Shown here: positions 17,493 to 27,538 of the stretch, in pieces
How the letters are laid out: each line of letters opens with the position of its first letter
How positions within the stretch are numbered: the first letter of the stretch is position 1
NCBI GenBank assembly: GCA_964473825.1
Contig: CAYYQL010000001.1
Location: 192,001-256,000 of the forward strand
Source: an uncultured archaeon
GTDB taxonomy: Archaea; Asgardarchaeota; Thorarchaeia; Thorarchaeales; Thorarchaeaceae
Length of the DNA: 64,000 nt
Direction: 5' to 3'
Program-made: the position numbers and the translations under genes
The notes under the pieces: generated by a model
What the model saw: the letters and a program-made list of their open reading frames with translations, nothing else
Databases searched by the model: none
Told to the model about the DNA's origin: nothing

Positions 17493-18830
17493 ATGAGGAT
17501 CGATGCGAGCAGATGCGCCCCACAAGACTGCCAACATGAGTGTGTAGATGCCTGTCAGAATATCCATGGAGAGAAATCACCCTTAGATGTGGAGAAATCG
17601 CTACACCCCGTGATTGACCAAGCAAGGTGTACAAATTGCCTAGCCTGCGCGAGAGCGTGTCCGCATGATGCCATCCTAACGGACAATCAGTCCGAGGAGT
17701 CAGTATCGCAGAGATCGGTTGTCTTAGCTGATGACAGAGATATTGCAGTCTATGAAACCTCGAGTCAGCTGAAACGTTTTCCCGAGTCTGATATGGTCTT
17801 TGCAAGAGTACACAATGATTCAACCTTTCAGAACTACCGTAAGTCAGAATTCTTCGGTGCTGAGGAGATGATCTCGCGTCAGATCCCAGGATATTCGCGC
17901 TTTGAGCACGAACTCACAAGAGCCGCTTGGGAGTACTATGATAAACGAAACCTCATAGAAAAAGACTCGGCGGCCACTAGGAGAGGTAAAGGAAGACGCG
18001 CTAGTTCATTGAAACCCACCAACATGGTGAAGAGGGCCGCCAAGTTTCTTGGTGCAGATTTAGTTGGGATCACACAGATTGATCAACGCTGGATATACTC
18101 TACTGACAGAGAAGGGAACACATACGATATTCCGGAGGGTATCGAGTATGCGATTGTCATGGCTCTAGAAATGGACTATGACGCCATAGCAACATCCCCG
18201 AGTTTCACAAGCTCCGCAGAAACTGGCCGGGGCTACTCGCGAATGGCCTTCTTGGAAACCGAGGTCTCTGCTTTTTTGCGAAGACTTGGCTACCGAGCAG
18301 TGCCCTGTGGAAACGATATAGCACTCAGCGTTCCGCTTGCGATTGATGCTGGTTTAGGGCAGTATGGCAGACATGGACTGCTGATAACTCGCGAATATGG
18401 CCCAAGAGTCAGACTGGCCAAGGTGCTGACTGACATGCCACTTGTTCCGAGCCGAGTTGACACAAGATTCTGCGAAGCGGTAACACGATTCTGTGAGATA
18501 TGTGGTAAATGTGCGGAGATGTGTCCATCTCAGTCAATCCCATATGAAGAAGAGAGAACTTGGGCAGGGCAAGGCAAATCGAACAATCCGGGTGCAAAGA
18601 AGTGGTACGTTGACGTCGAATCCTGCTACAACTTCTGGATAGAGAACGGATGCGATTGCTCCAACTGCATAAGATCTTGCCCGTTTAACAAAAGAAATGG
18701 CTGGCTTCACAAAACTGTCACATTCCTTGTAGAGCGGTTTCCATGGCTGCACAGATTGATACTTGCTCTTGATGATATGCTCGGATTCGGCAGACAGAAG
18801 CGAACAGATGAGTTCTGGCGGCGTCTATAG
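17493..18830 (+). CDS. rdhA: Reductive dehalogenase-like cobalamin/Fe-S protein with extra N-terminal ferredoxin-like domain
   Basis: AKFLGADLVGI..W.YS, AGLGQYGRHG..YGPRVRL, CEICGKCAEMCP and CYNFW..CSNCIRSCP; no twin-arginine signal. Confidence 0.85.
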   Translation: MRIDASRCAPQDCQHECVDACQNIHGEKSPLDVEKSLHPVIDQARCTNCLACARACPHDAILTDNQSEESVSQRSVVLADDRDIAVYETSSQLKRFPESDMVFARVHNDSTFQNYRKSEFFGAEEMISRQIPGYSRFEHELTRAAWEYYDKRNLIEKDSAATRRGKGRRASSLKPTNMVKRAAKFLGADLVGITQIDQRWIYSTDREGNTYDIPEGIEYAIVMALEMDYDAIATSPSFTSSAETGRGYSRMAFLETEVSAFLRRLGYRAVPCGNDIALSVPLAIDAGLGQYGRHGLLITREYGPRVRLAKVLTDMPLVPSRVDTRFCEAVTRFCEICGKCAEMCPSQSIPYEEERTWAGQGKSNNPGAKKWYVDVESCYNFWIENGCDCSNCIRSCPFNKRNGWLHKTVTFLVERFPWLHRLILALDDMLGFGRQKRTDEFWRRL

Positions 18831-18874
18831 AGGAACAGATTCGTGGCAAAGTCCAAAAAGCGTCTTCTTCAAGA

Positions 18875-19273
18875 CTAGCGGTCATCTGCCATGCTCGCAG
18901 TAGCCGCAGAGACCGTAGCCTGCCAGTTTTCCGAAAAGAATACTAGCCACGCAACTACCGACTCCAACATGTGCTCTAGGTTTTGATCAGCTCTGAATAA
19001 CATGAAACCGGTTGATGTGAGAATCCTATCATGCTTGAATCGGAAGCACACTGAGCCATCACGATTCTTTACCGAAGAGGCACTGTATCGAGCAAGTGAA
19101 ACACCCGTAGCGTCAGCCACAGATTCTTTGAAGACCCTCCCTAGAGCATTACCGCTTCTATCCGATACTACTCGTGACGGAGAGAAACGACCCAAAACTT
19201 TTCGCGAACCGTCCATGATCAATGGGCCTTCTATGTGCCCTATTGTACTTCCTGAGCTATCGAATATCTGCAA
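18875..19273 (-). CDS. Small beta-hairpin repeat protein (beta-flower / tubby-LURP-like)
   Basis: About six repeats of ~16 aa (hydrophobic-x-D-x-x-G-x-x-hydrophobic-G/A-R), then a hydrophobic helix. Confidence 0.65.
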   Translation of the reverse strand: MQIFDSSGSTIGHIEGPLIMDGSRKVLGRFSPSRVVSDRSGNALGRVFKESVADATGVSLARYSASSVKNRDGSVCFRFKHDRILTSTGFMLFRADQNLEHMLESVVAWLVFFSENWQATVSAATASMADDR

Positions 19274-19564
19274 ATCAGTTCAAGATTGACAGGTCTGTTT
19301 GGCCATATCAGTATGTCCCCTGTTCGCCATCTGGCCGTCGACATAAACTTGATATACACGAAAAACCGGGCATTTTGATGATATGTGCCACGGTTGGCAG
19401 GAATCAGAATACCATTTCGTTTGACGGTGAAATCAGTGATTTCCCGAGAGTATCTCAAGTATTAACAAACATGTGGAGATAAGAAAACAACCCGAAAGTA
19501 CTCGAAAACAATCCTGCTAAGGTCTAACATAAGACAGTAATCAGAGAGAGTATAGTGATGTTTC

Positions 19565-20221
19565 ATGAATGACCAATGCGACTATCCATTTGGCTACGAC
19601 GAGAACGGTAAACACAGCCGGCTCAAGCAGATCGTCGACGAACTCAACCTCACCCACAGAGCAGAGGTCGCACGGCGACATGTTGGAATGGACATATTTC
19701 ATGGTGTGCTTCCGATTCTCGGAATCGCGACTGCGGGCATCATCACGGCTCAAAGTCAGCATTTCAGTCTCTTCTATGAAGCAACGGTTCTAGGTTCGGT
19801 AGGTACTGCTATAGCTTTCTTTGTAGAGGGTTTCTTTGCAGCATATCTGACCGAGACTGCTGAGGGCAAGAAGATTGTATCAGAACTCGAAGAGACAGGT
19901 CGTACCAGATTGAGCCACTCAGTGATAGTGCGAGCAGAGCACCATACAACAATCTACATTGCGCTCTTAGATGGATCGGTTCCTTCACTGACGGCATTAG
20001 CCACACTGAGCCCCATGTTCTTGCCGCTGGCAGGTATACTCACATATGTACAATCTTTCTATGCATCTCTAGTCGTTGGGTTTGTCATGCTCATCATCCT
20101 GGGATCATACTATGCGAGAATCGGAGAGGATAGTGTCCTGAAACACACTACGAGAACTATTGCAGCAGGAGTCCTCACAATCGCGATACTAGCGGTGTTG
20201 GCAATCGTGACCGGGGCATAG
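19565..20221 (+). CDS. VIT1/CCC1-like membrane protein (putative Fe/Mn transporter)
   Basis: ARRHVGMDIFHGVL, AAYLTETAE, ~5 TM layout typical of archaeal VIT1 homologs. Confidence 0.7.
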   Translation: MNDQCDYPFGYDENGKHSRLKQIVDELNLTHRAEVARRHVGMDIFHGVLPILGIATAGIITAQSQHFSLFYEATVLGSVGTAIAFFVEGFFAAYLTETAEGKKIVSELEETGRTRLSHSVIVRAEHHTTIYIALLDGSVPSLTALATLSPMFLPLAGILTYVQSFYASLVVGFVMLIILGSYYARIGEDSVLKHTTRTIAAGVLTIAILAVLAIVTGA

Positions 20222-20278
20222 GATTCCGATGCGATTATTAGAGTAGTCTTTTCAAGAGCGGGCCAGCAGGGATGCGAT

Positions 20279-22882
20279 TTGGCCAAGTACACCCCCATGC
20301 AACGTCAGTATCTTGAGCTGAAACGCCAATACCCTGATAGCATACTGATGTTTCGTCTTGGCGATTTCTTCGAGATGTTCAACGAAGATGCCAAGACCGC
20401 GAGCAAAGTGCTTGACATCGTCTTGACCGCGCGCGGGGAAGGCGTAGATAAGTGGCCCATGTGCGGAGTTCCGCATCATTCTGTTGAAAACTACATTGCT
20501 AGACTCCTCAGAGAAGGCCATACAGTCGCATTGGCTGATCAGGTAGAAGATGCGTCCCAGGCAAAGGGGCTTGTCAAGAGAGATGTGGTCCGCGTAATAA
20601 CACCAGGGACTCTTCTGGAACCAAGCATGCTTCAAGACGAAGTGAATAACTATCTCTTGGCGTTAGTTGAGCATGATGACAAGGTGGGTCTCGCCTCAAT
20701 CGACATCAGTACGGGAGAGTTCCGAGCAACCGAGATTGAAGGAGAAGCCCTATCGGAGGAGGTTCTCAACGAAATTGACCGAATCTCACCCTCAGAAATC
20801 CTAATACCAGATTCATTCAGCAAGAGAGAGAGATTCATAGCACACTTGAATGATGTTTGTGAAAAGCTCACCTACAGAAACGATTTGGTCTTCTCTGCAA
20901 GAACGGCTGAACAGAGAGTGAAGGAGCAATTCGGTGTCAAGACTCTGGAAGGCTATGGCATCCATGATAAGAGAGTTGCATTAGGTGCCGCGGGAGCTAT
21001 CTTGGAGTATCTTCATGAGGTCTTGAAGACGAACACCTCTACCGTTACAGGCCTCCGGACTTACTCCATCGAAGAATACATGATAGTTGATGCAACTACA
21101 CAGCGAAACCTAGAGCTCGTCAGGAATGCCAGAGACGGGTCCCAACGGGGCACCCTGCTCTCGGTGCTATCTGACACACAGACTGCCATGGGCAAACGCA
21201 AGATAAAGCAGTGGATACTACAACCACTATCTGATATCGATAGAATCGAAGGCAGACTCGATGCAGTGGAAGAATTGTCAAGAGGTGCAATTATTCGGCA
21301 GAGTATTGCTGAGAGTCTGAGGCCGTTGGGAGACCTAGAGAGAATAACTAGTCGGATAGCCTTTGGATCCGCGAGTGCGAGGGATCTTCTATCACTTCGG
21401 TATGTGCTAGATAGAATCCCAAGTATCCTTGAAGCTCTCAAGGAGTGTGCAAGTAAGCTACTCGTGGACCAGAGGGAGAGAATCGATCCTCTGGACCATC
21501 TTCGCGAAGAACTCAAACGCGCTATTATTGATGACCCTCCAGCAACCGTGAAAGAAGGAGGAATGATCAAGGATGGCTACAGTGATGAGTTGGACAAGCT
21601 CCGGGAGTCAATTGCGTCTGATAAGAAGTGGATTGCGTCGCTCCAAGCCAGAGAAAGAAGAAGAACAGGGATCAAGTCGCTCAAGGTGGGTTACAACAAG
21701 GTCTTCGGATACTACATTGAAGTGACAAAGGCAAACATGAACCGAGTACCAGAGGACTATGATAGGAAACAGACTCTGACAAACGCAGAGAGATACATCA
21801 CGCCAGAGCTCAAAGAGAAAGAAGCCTCTGTTCTCGCAGGTGAGGACAAGATAAACAGCCTAGAGTACGAGTTGTACGAAGAGCTGAGATCGAAGGTTCG
21901 TGAAGTAGCTAAGGTTCTGCATAGCAACGCCGACGCCCTCGCAACAATTGATGTCATAGCCGCACTAGCAGAAACTGCCGTGAAGAGAAGGTACTGTAGG
22001 CCTATCCTGAAAGAGGATACAAGCATCGAAATCATTGATGGTCGCCATCCATGCATGGAGATGATTCTAGGGCCAAACGAGTTTGTTCCCAACAGTCTGG
22101 AGATGGGGGACGGGCATTGTACGCTACTCATTGTAACAGGTCCTAACATGAGCGGCAAGTCCACATATGGCAGACAGGCTGCAATCATTGCAATCATGGC
22201 CCAGATGGGCTCCTTTGTTCCAGCCAAACAAGCGCGAATAGGGGTTATTGACCGAGTCTTCACACGGGTTGGTGCATTTGACGACCTGACGGCACGACAG
22301 AGCACCTTCATGGTGGAGATGATAGAGACTGCGAACATCCTAAACAATGCCACAGAGAGGAGTTTCGTTGTTCTGGATGAGATTGGCAGAGGGACCTCCA
22401 CATTCGATGGCATGGCCCTTGCTTGGGCCGTCGCCGAACGGATTGTACAGAAGAAGACACGTACAATCTTCGCGACTCACTTCCACCAGTTGACAGATAT
22501 GGCCTCCAAGTATCACGGTGTCAAGAACGTGCATACGCTGGCAAAGGAGAGCGGTGACTCAATCGTCTTCCTCCATAAGGTCGTCGAGGGTGGTACAGAC
22601 AAGAGCTACGGCGTCCATGTTGCTGCTCTAGCGGGGGTACCTGAAGACGTTGTGAACAGAGCCAGACAACTACTCAGTCTTCTAGAGAAACAAAACCGCG
22701 TTGAAATCGGAGAATCGGAGGGGGATGCGGTCCAAGAGGTTCAGACATCTCTGGAACCACTCACGGTGGAAGACCCGATCATAGAGCAGATTAGACACCT
22801 TGACCTTGAGCGCGTCACTCCAATCGATGCACTCCTTCGGCTCAAGGAGATGCGAGATGAGATTCGACGGCGTGACGCCTAG
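20279..22882 (+). CDS. mutS: DNA mismatch repair protein MutS (MutS1)
   Basis: TPMQRQY, GDFFEMF, TPGT, GPNMSGKST, STFMVEM, DEIGRGTST, SYGVHVA.LAG. Confidence 0.99.
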   Translation: MAKYTPMQRQYLELKRQYPDSILMFRLGDFFEMFNEDAKTASKVLDIVLTARGEGVDKWPMCGVPHHSVENYIARLLREGHTVALADQVEDASQAKGLVKRDVVRVITPGTLLEPSMLQDEVNNYLLALVEHDDKVGLASIDISTGEFRATEIEGEALSEEVLNEIDRISPSEILIPDSFSKRERFIAHLNDVCEKLTYRNDLVFSARTAEQRVKEQFGVKTLEGYGIHDKRVALGAAGAILEYLHEVLKTNTSTVTGLRTYSIEEYMIVDATTQRNLELVRNARDGSQRGTLLSVLSDTQTAMGKRKIKQWILQPLSDIDRIEGRLDAVEELSRGAIIRQSIAESLRPLGDLERITSRIAFGSASARDLLSLRYVLDRIPSILEALKECASKLLVDQRERIDPLDHLREELKRAIIDDPPATVKEGGMIKDGYSDELDKLRESIASDKKWIASLQARERRRTGIKSLKVGYNKVFGYYIEVTKANMNRVPEDYDRKQTLTNAERYITPELKEKEASVLAGEDKINSLEYELYEELRSKVREVAKVLHSNADALATIDVIAALAETAVKRRYCRPILKEDTSIEIIDGRHPCMEMILGPNEFVPNSLEMGDGHCTLLIVTGPNMSGKSTYGRQAAIIAIMAQMGSFVPAKQARIGVIDRVFTRVGAFDDLTARQSTFMVEMIETANILNNATERSFVVLDEIGRGTSTFDGMALAWAVAERIVQKKTRTIFATHFHQLTDMASKYHGVKNVHTLAKESGDSIVFLHKVVEGGTDKSYGVHVAALAGVPEDVVNRARQLLSLLEKQNRVEIGESEGDAVQEVQTSLEPLTVEDPIIEQIRHLDLERVTPIDALLRLKEMRDEIRRRDA

Positions 22883-22959
22883 CTACACGACCTCTTGTGC
22901 CAATAGGGGCGCAACAGGACTGTAGACCATAATCATGGAGAAGGGGGCACGAATAGGAT

Positions 22960-24530
22960 CCAGCTTCGTCCTGACCGCAGTCTGGTACAATGTCCATCGT
23001 GATGGAAAACACATCGGGGTTTTCTGGGTAAACGCGCATCTTGAGGAAAAGTACTCCTTGCCGGGTTTCAGCGGCATCCTGGAGATTGAAGGTGAGGATC
23101 TTATCGATTTCGAATCAGGCAGACTTCATCAGGAATAATGGAATGTCATTTGCTGCGGCTACAAACGTGGATAGTGATTGAATAATCATGGATAGGAGAG
23201 GCTCCTTTTTCTCGATTCAATGACGAAGGGGTAATCCCATCAGCTGACAGCTTCGCTTGAAGACTCATTGCGTTCACATGAGACTGTTAGGGCCTGCTGT
23301 AAGTCATCGAGAACCCGCCGACCTGTGCAGATAGTATGACGCGGGGCCCATGCAGAATATAATCTGGATTTTCTAGCTTTTGCTCCTCTTCAGATATCCA
23401 AAGAGTCTCTACTGTGAGAACTGGTTTTCCACCACGAGCGTAGGGTGACATGTATTCGACTTCAAAGAGTGATTCTTCCTCAGCAGTCAATGTCACACGA
23501 AGGTCATATTCATCTAATGTTTCCCGGTTCTTCCGATATTTGAAATTCAAGGGTGATAACGTATATCCCACGAAACTCAAGTCATCATCTACAGCACTGT
23601 AGACGCGACCTTGCGACACGAGAATGTTGACCGAGTAGTCCCCGGATTGGAGTGTTTCGGGCAGAGTGAAGGATTCTGAATCAGGGACGGAAAATGCCGA
23701 GAATCGACCTACCTCGATGCCAGCGATTATCGCTTCTCCTGTCAACGCATCAAGGAGTTCCAAGCAAATACTCATCTTATCAGACCGATGAGCATAGTCC
23801 ATACTTAATGAGCTAGAACTCACGTTCACGTTTCTATGATAGGCGCGCAGTGAAAGGTCAGTAAATGCAACATCGAAATATGTTGTCTTCGGACATGAAC
23901 CAGTGACAGGCAATCTACCAGCATATGCAGGAATGGGATTCTCATAGACGACCGACGACTTCTCACCACTGAATGAAGCAGTTACTTGGCTTTCCATCGT
24001 ACTACCGATACTGCAATTGATGGCGAATCCTAGTTGAGCAATCCCGTCCTCATCATAGATGACGAACCTGAAAATCTGTTGGAAGATCGATATAGAACTC
24101 AGAAGCAGCTGCACTAGCACGTTCCGGATGTATCTCTAGGGTTGTTCGCTCAATCATCCCATAGAGAACTCCGTTTAGCCTGTAAGCAACGCTGAATAAC
24201 CGTTTCTTATGGCCAGTGTGTAATCACCAGCTTGAATCCTGAGGGGATAATCGACACCCCTGGGGGCCGTCCCGTGGCCACTGATATCCCCACCGTTAGG
24301 CATTGTCTGGATCGTCCAATCATTTCCTAATGAGTATCCATCATTACCTACGAACTCCATGTCAAAGAAGATATTTCCATCTGCTGGAATCATCGAATCG
24401 GCATCTGGATCATGGTATGATGCGTATCTGAAAGAGTGGAGGTCCAGGTATACTGCACCGAGATCATAAAGCCCGGTTTTGGTATGCTTGATGCAGTCAC
24501 AGAAATCATAAGGAATCCTTAAATAATCAT
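22960..24530 (-). pseudogene. Frameshifted remnant of a large beta-rich (probably secreted/surface) protein
   Basis: ORFs 24175-24393 and 23287-24120 are bridged by a protein-like alternative frame (..AYRLNGVLYGMIERTTLEIHPERASAAASEFYIDLPTDFQ); no clean start or signal peptide; a further fragment lies near 23114-22980. Confidence 0.5.
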
Positions 24531-24598
24531 TCTGTTAAATAGTTACTTGGCTCTCACAAGGTAACTCTTGCTAGAATAGGTGGAGATGATACGTCTAG

Positions 24599-25090
24599 AT
24601 GAAAGAGAACCAGAAGGTGCTTCTAGTACTAGTCTTTTGTCTTGTTGTCGTCAGTGGAATGTTCTTTGTCGAGGCAGGACGTGAAACCTACAATGATGAC
24701 ACGCCTGACGCGACCTTTGGCACATGGACTGCATCTGATGATTGCTATGAAGAGTATGCGAATGGCGCATATCAGTGTGAAATGCTGTTTGTATTCACTG
24801 AGATACGAACTGATGGTTCTGCCTACTACATCAACATTGACTATGATGGGTGTGATCCTGGTTACCCTTGGAACTGTGAGAGTATTTACGCACATTACAA
24901 GTGGGGATCAGGTGAGTGGATACTCATTGCATGGTTCGATTATGTAGTAAGTGATAAAGATTGGTCAATCAATGATCCAGGTGATGAGGACACTCTCTAC
25001 CTACGATTCAAAGACGCTGCACCTTCAAGCGACTCTACGAAGCACACATGGTATTTCAGTGATACTCCATATGTCGCGGTTGACTATTAG
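24599..25090 (+). CDS. Small secreted acidic beta-rich hypothetical protein
   Basis: Signal peptide ending VEA; Asp/Tyr/Trp-rich; two closely spaced Cys pairs; TATA-like TTAAATA at ~24519. Confidence 0.8.
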   Translation: MKENQKVLLVLVFCLVVVSGMFFVEAGRETYNDDTPDATFGTWTASDDCYEEYANGAYQCEMLFVFTEIRTDGSAYYINIDYDGCDPGYPWNCESIYAHYKWGSGEWILIAWFDYVVSDKDWSINDPGDEDTLYLRFKDAAPSSDSTKHTWYFSDTPYVAVDY

Positions 25091-25109
25091 GATTAATGGA
25101 TCAATATGA

Positions 25110-25156
25110 GGGTCTTGGAGTCAGGGATGACCATGTCTGTAGTTATCCCAAGACCC
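25110..25156. repeat. Intergenic inverted repeat / stem-loop
   Basis: GGGTCTTG...CAAGACCC outer stem with inner GGATGAC/GTTATCC pairing. Confidence 0.55.
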
Positions 25157-25205
25157 CTATCTCTTAATTTTGAAAGTGCGAGTTATGAGGCGTGGTGTGT
25201 CTAGA

Positions 25206-26129
25206 GTGGAGAAAAGAAACGCGATAATAGATATAGATCATCTCTACAAGAGATTTGGCAGCGTCACTGCACTTGATGGCCTTTCACTTGAGGTGAGTGA
25301 CGGGATCTTCGGACTGATTGGCCCAAATGGTGCTGGAAAGACAACGCTCTTGAAGATCTTGCTTGGTCTGTTGAAACCGGATGGGGGGCGTGCTAAGGTC
25401 CTGGGCCATGATGTTTCAAGAGAGTCCATTCAGATACGTAAGAGAATCGGCGTTCTCCATGAGAAGGCCTATTTCCCAGTTTCCATGAGTCCAACGAGTT
25501 ATCTAAGAGTGGTCAATAGAGTCTACAACTCAACAACCTCCATTGATGAGATACTATCGCTGGTTGGTCTGGAACACGCAGCCGAGAGGAAGATTGGCCA
25601 ACTGTCAGCGGGAATGCACAGAAGGCTTGGGCTGGCTCAGGCACTCTGTGGGAATCCCGAACTCGTCTTTCTGGACGAACCGACGATACATCTTGACGCC
25701 GGTGGTCGCGATGATGTTGTGAGCCTCCTTGCAAGAGTCCATCGCGAGGCTGGTGTGTCGTTCTTTATCGCATCCCACATCCTGTCCGAGCTTGAGAGGT
25801 CCTGTCACACAGTCGCCTTTGTCAGAGCAGGAAAGGTAGTGGACTCAGGCACGGTCAGTGAGCTGGTCACGCGATACACCAAGGACCGATACCTGATCAT
25901 AGCATCGGACTCGAGTCGTCTCTCCAAGTTACTCAGGGCTGACAAGAGAATAGTTGATGTGACAATCATAGGAACCGCGAGCGTCGTTGCAGAGGTTTCA
26001 GATGAGGCCGATGTTGCTATAGAGGAACTTCTACATACCATGGCCACACCAAGTGGTATAACAGTCTACCGGGTCGAGCCAACCGGAACCCTTGAGGACG
26101 TATACAGGAAGGTGAACCGCAGTGAGTAG
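25206..26129 (+). CDS. ABC-2 type transporter ATP-binding protein
   Basis: GPNGAGKTT, LSAGM, FLDEPT, SH; start uncertain (25170-25206). Confidence 0.95.
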   Translation: MEKRNAIIDIDHLYKRFGSVTALDGLSLEVSDGIFGLIGPNGAGKTTLLKILLGLLKPDGGRAKVLGHDVSRESIQIRKRIGVLHEKAYFPVSMSPTSYLRVVNRVYNSTTSIDEILSLVGLEHAAERKIGQLSAGMHRRLGLAQALCGNPELVFLDEPTIHLDAGGRDDVVSLLARVHREAGVSFFIASHILSELERSCHTVAFVRAGKVVDSGTVSELVTRYTKDRYLIIASDSSRLSKLLRADKRIVDVTIIGTASVVAEVSDEADVAIEELLHTMATPSGITVYRVEPTGTLEDVYRKVNRSE

Positions 26130-26964
26130 TCTGCGAGAGCGCATTCATACAGTCCTTCAGTTTGAGAGAGAGAGCTCGTACCGATTTCCCTCGATTGTTG
26201 CAGTGTTGTGTGTGTTTATTGCAGTAGGCATCCATGCCGCAGTGACTCACAACTATTTCAACTTCGACATACGTATGGATCAGACCCCGGCGCCAGGGTC
26301 TGCTGACCGGCTGGAGTACTTCTCTGAGCTCATTCTAACCCATGGCCTTGCAGTGCTGGGAAGCTGTGTGTCGAACTGTGTCTTTGTCCTTATCCTCTTG
26401 GTGCCCTTGTTGGTGGCCTACAACTTCACCACAGGATATAGTTCAGGCCTGATGCAGACGCTGTTGACCTATCCCATAAGCCGTGCGAGTCTCCTCCTGA
26501 TGAAGTTCCTTCCCATCTTCCTCCTTGTTTCATGTTCGGCCTGCCTTGGCAGTCTGGCCGGGGTCTTCTTCTTCGTCCCTGTGGCTCCCGACCTTGGGCA
26601 TACCCTGCTCCTCCTCCTCTCCATCTGGACCCTTGCACTACTGATGGTGTCAGTGGCTGGACTTGTTGCTGTCATCTCGAGGAATGCACTTGTGACCTCC
26701 TTTGGGTGTGTATCGCTCTGGTTCATGGCCTTCATCGGAGTGACCAGTCCGGAAACAGATGAACTGGTGAAGATGGTACTCTTTCCCCCGTTCGCCGCTG
26801 CCAACTACGCTGCCAACTATGATGGTATGTTTTCTTGGTGGGCAGGACTGTTCGAAACCGAACTTGTACTGACAGATGTCCTGACTGGGATGGTCCTGTC
26901 ATGTGCATTAGCACTCCTGCTCCTGCTTTTGAGCCATGTCATCTTCAAGTACACGGGAGTGTGA
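26122..26964 (+). CDS. ABC-2 type transporter permease
   Basis: About 6 TM, G.MQTLLTYPISR..LLMK motif; overlaps the ATPase stop. Confidence 0.88.
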   Translation: MSSLRERIHTVLQFERESSYRFPSIVAVLCVFIAVGIHAAVTHNYFNFDIRMDQTPAPGSADRLEYFSELILTHGLAVLGSCVSNCVFVLILLVPLLVAYNFTTGYSSGLMQTLLTYPISRASLLLMKFLPIFLLVSCSACLGSLAGVFFFVPVAPDLGHTLLLLLSIWTLALLMVSVAGLVAVISRNALVTSFGCVSLWFMAFIGVTSPETDELVKMVLFPPFAAANYAANYDGMFSWWAGLFETELVLTDVLTGMVLSCALALLLLLLSHVIFKYTGV

Positions 26965-26971
26965 TTAGAGA

Positions 26972-27502
26972 GTGAGAGAGAGAGTATCAAAGATGGCGGT
27001 CTTTGGGGGAGTCTTTCTGGTGGTTCTATCGTTCTTGTCTGGAACGTATCTACTCTCCTACGGGATCTCATCGGATGATGGAGAGCATGTGGGCCTCCTT
27101 GTGATGCACACAGGTGATCTCTTTGTCCGTGCCAAGGGAAATGGTGATGATACGTTTTCTTTACACCTGTTTGACTTTGAAGTTGGAGCCACAGTTTGGA
27201 AGGAGGGCTCAATGGACAACGTCACTGCCTTGGCCTCTATAGAGCATGTCAATGAGTTTGTGGGAGTGGTACACCTTCCTTCATCTGGTGCGTATCTTCT
27301 TGTGGTGACGCTGGACGATGACAACACATCAAGACGCAAGAGTGTATCCATGACAATCTGGCGAGCAACACCACACCTCAGAGTGCTCTGGACTGGGACA
27401 CTGCTTGTAGTGGCTGGTATAGTCGTCAATCCCAATCTGGTGAGAAATCCCTGGAGGAGGATGAAGAGTAGGTGGGAGGTACCCATGATACCGGGAGCTT
27501 GA
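26972..27502 (+). CDS. Hypothetical membrane protein with a small beta-sandwich ectodomain between two hydrophobic segments
   Basis: N- and C-terminal hydrophobic segments; P..G.Y.LV motif; 7 nt after the permease. Confidence 0.7.
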   Translation: MRERVSKMAVFGGVFLVVLSFLSGTYLLSYGISSDDGEHVGLLVMHTGDLFVRAKGNGDDTFSLHLFDFEVGATVWKEGSMDNVTALASIEHVNEFVGVVHLPSSGAYLLVVTLDDDNTSRRKSVSMTIWRATPHLRVLWTGTLLVVAGIVVNPNLVRNPWRRMKSRWEVPMIPGA

Positions 27503-27538
27503 CACAAAGAACCTTACGCTTCTCCGATTGACCGGTAT

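Noticed and set aside
22935-23138. 67-aa plus-strand ORF after mutS
   Set aside because: No motif, and it overlaps the minus-strand pseudogene fragment; cannot be supported without homologs.
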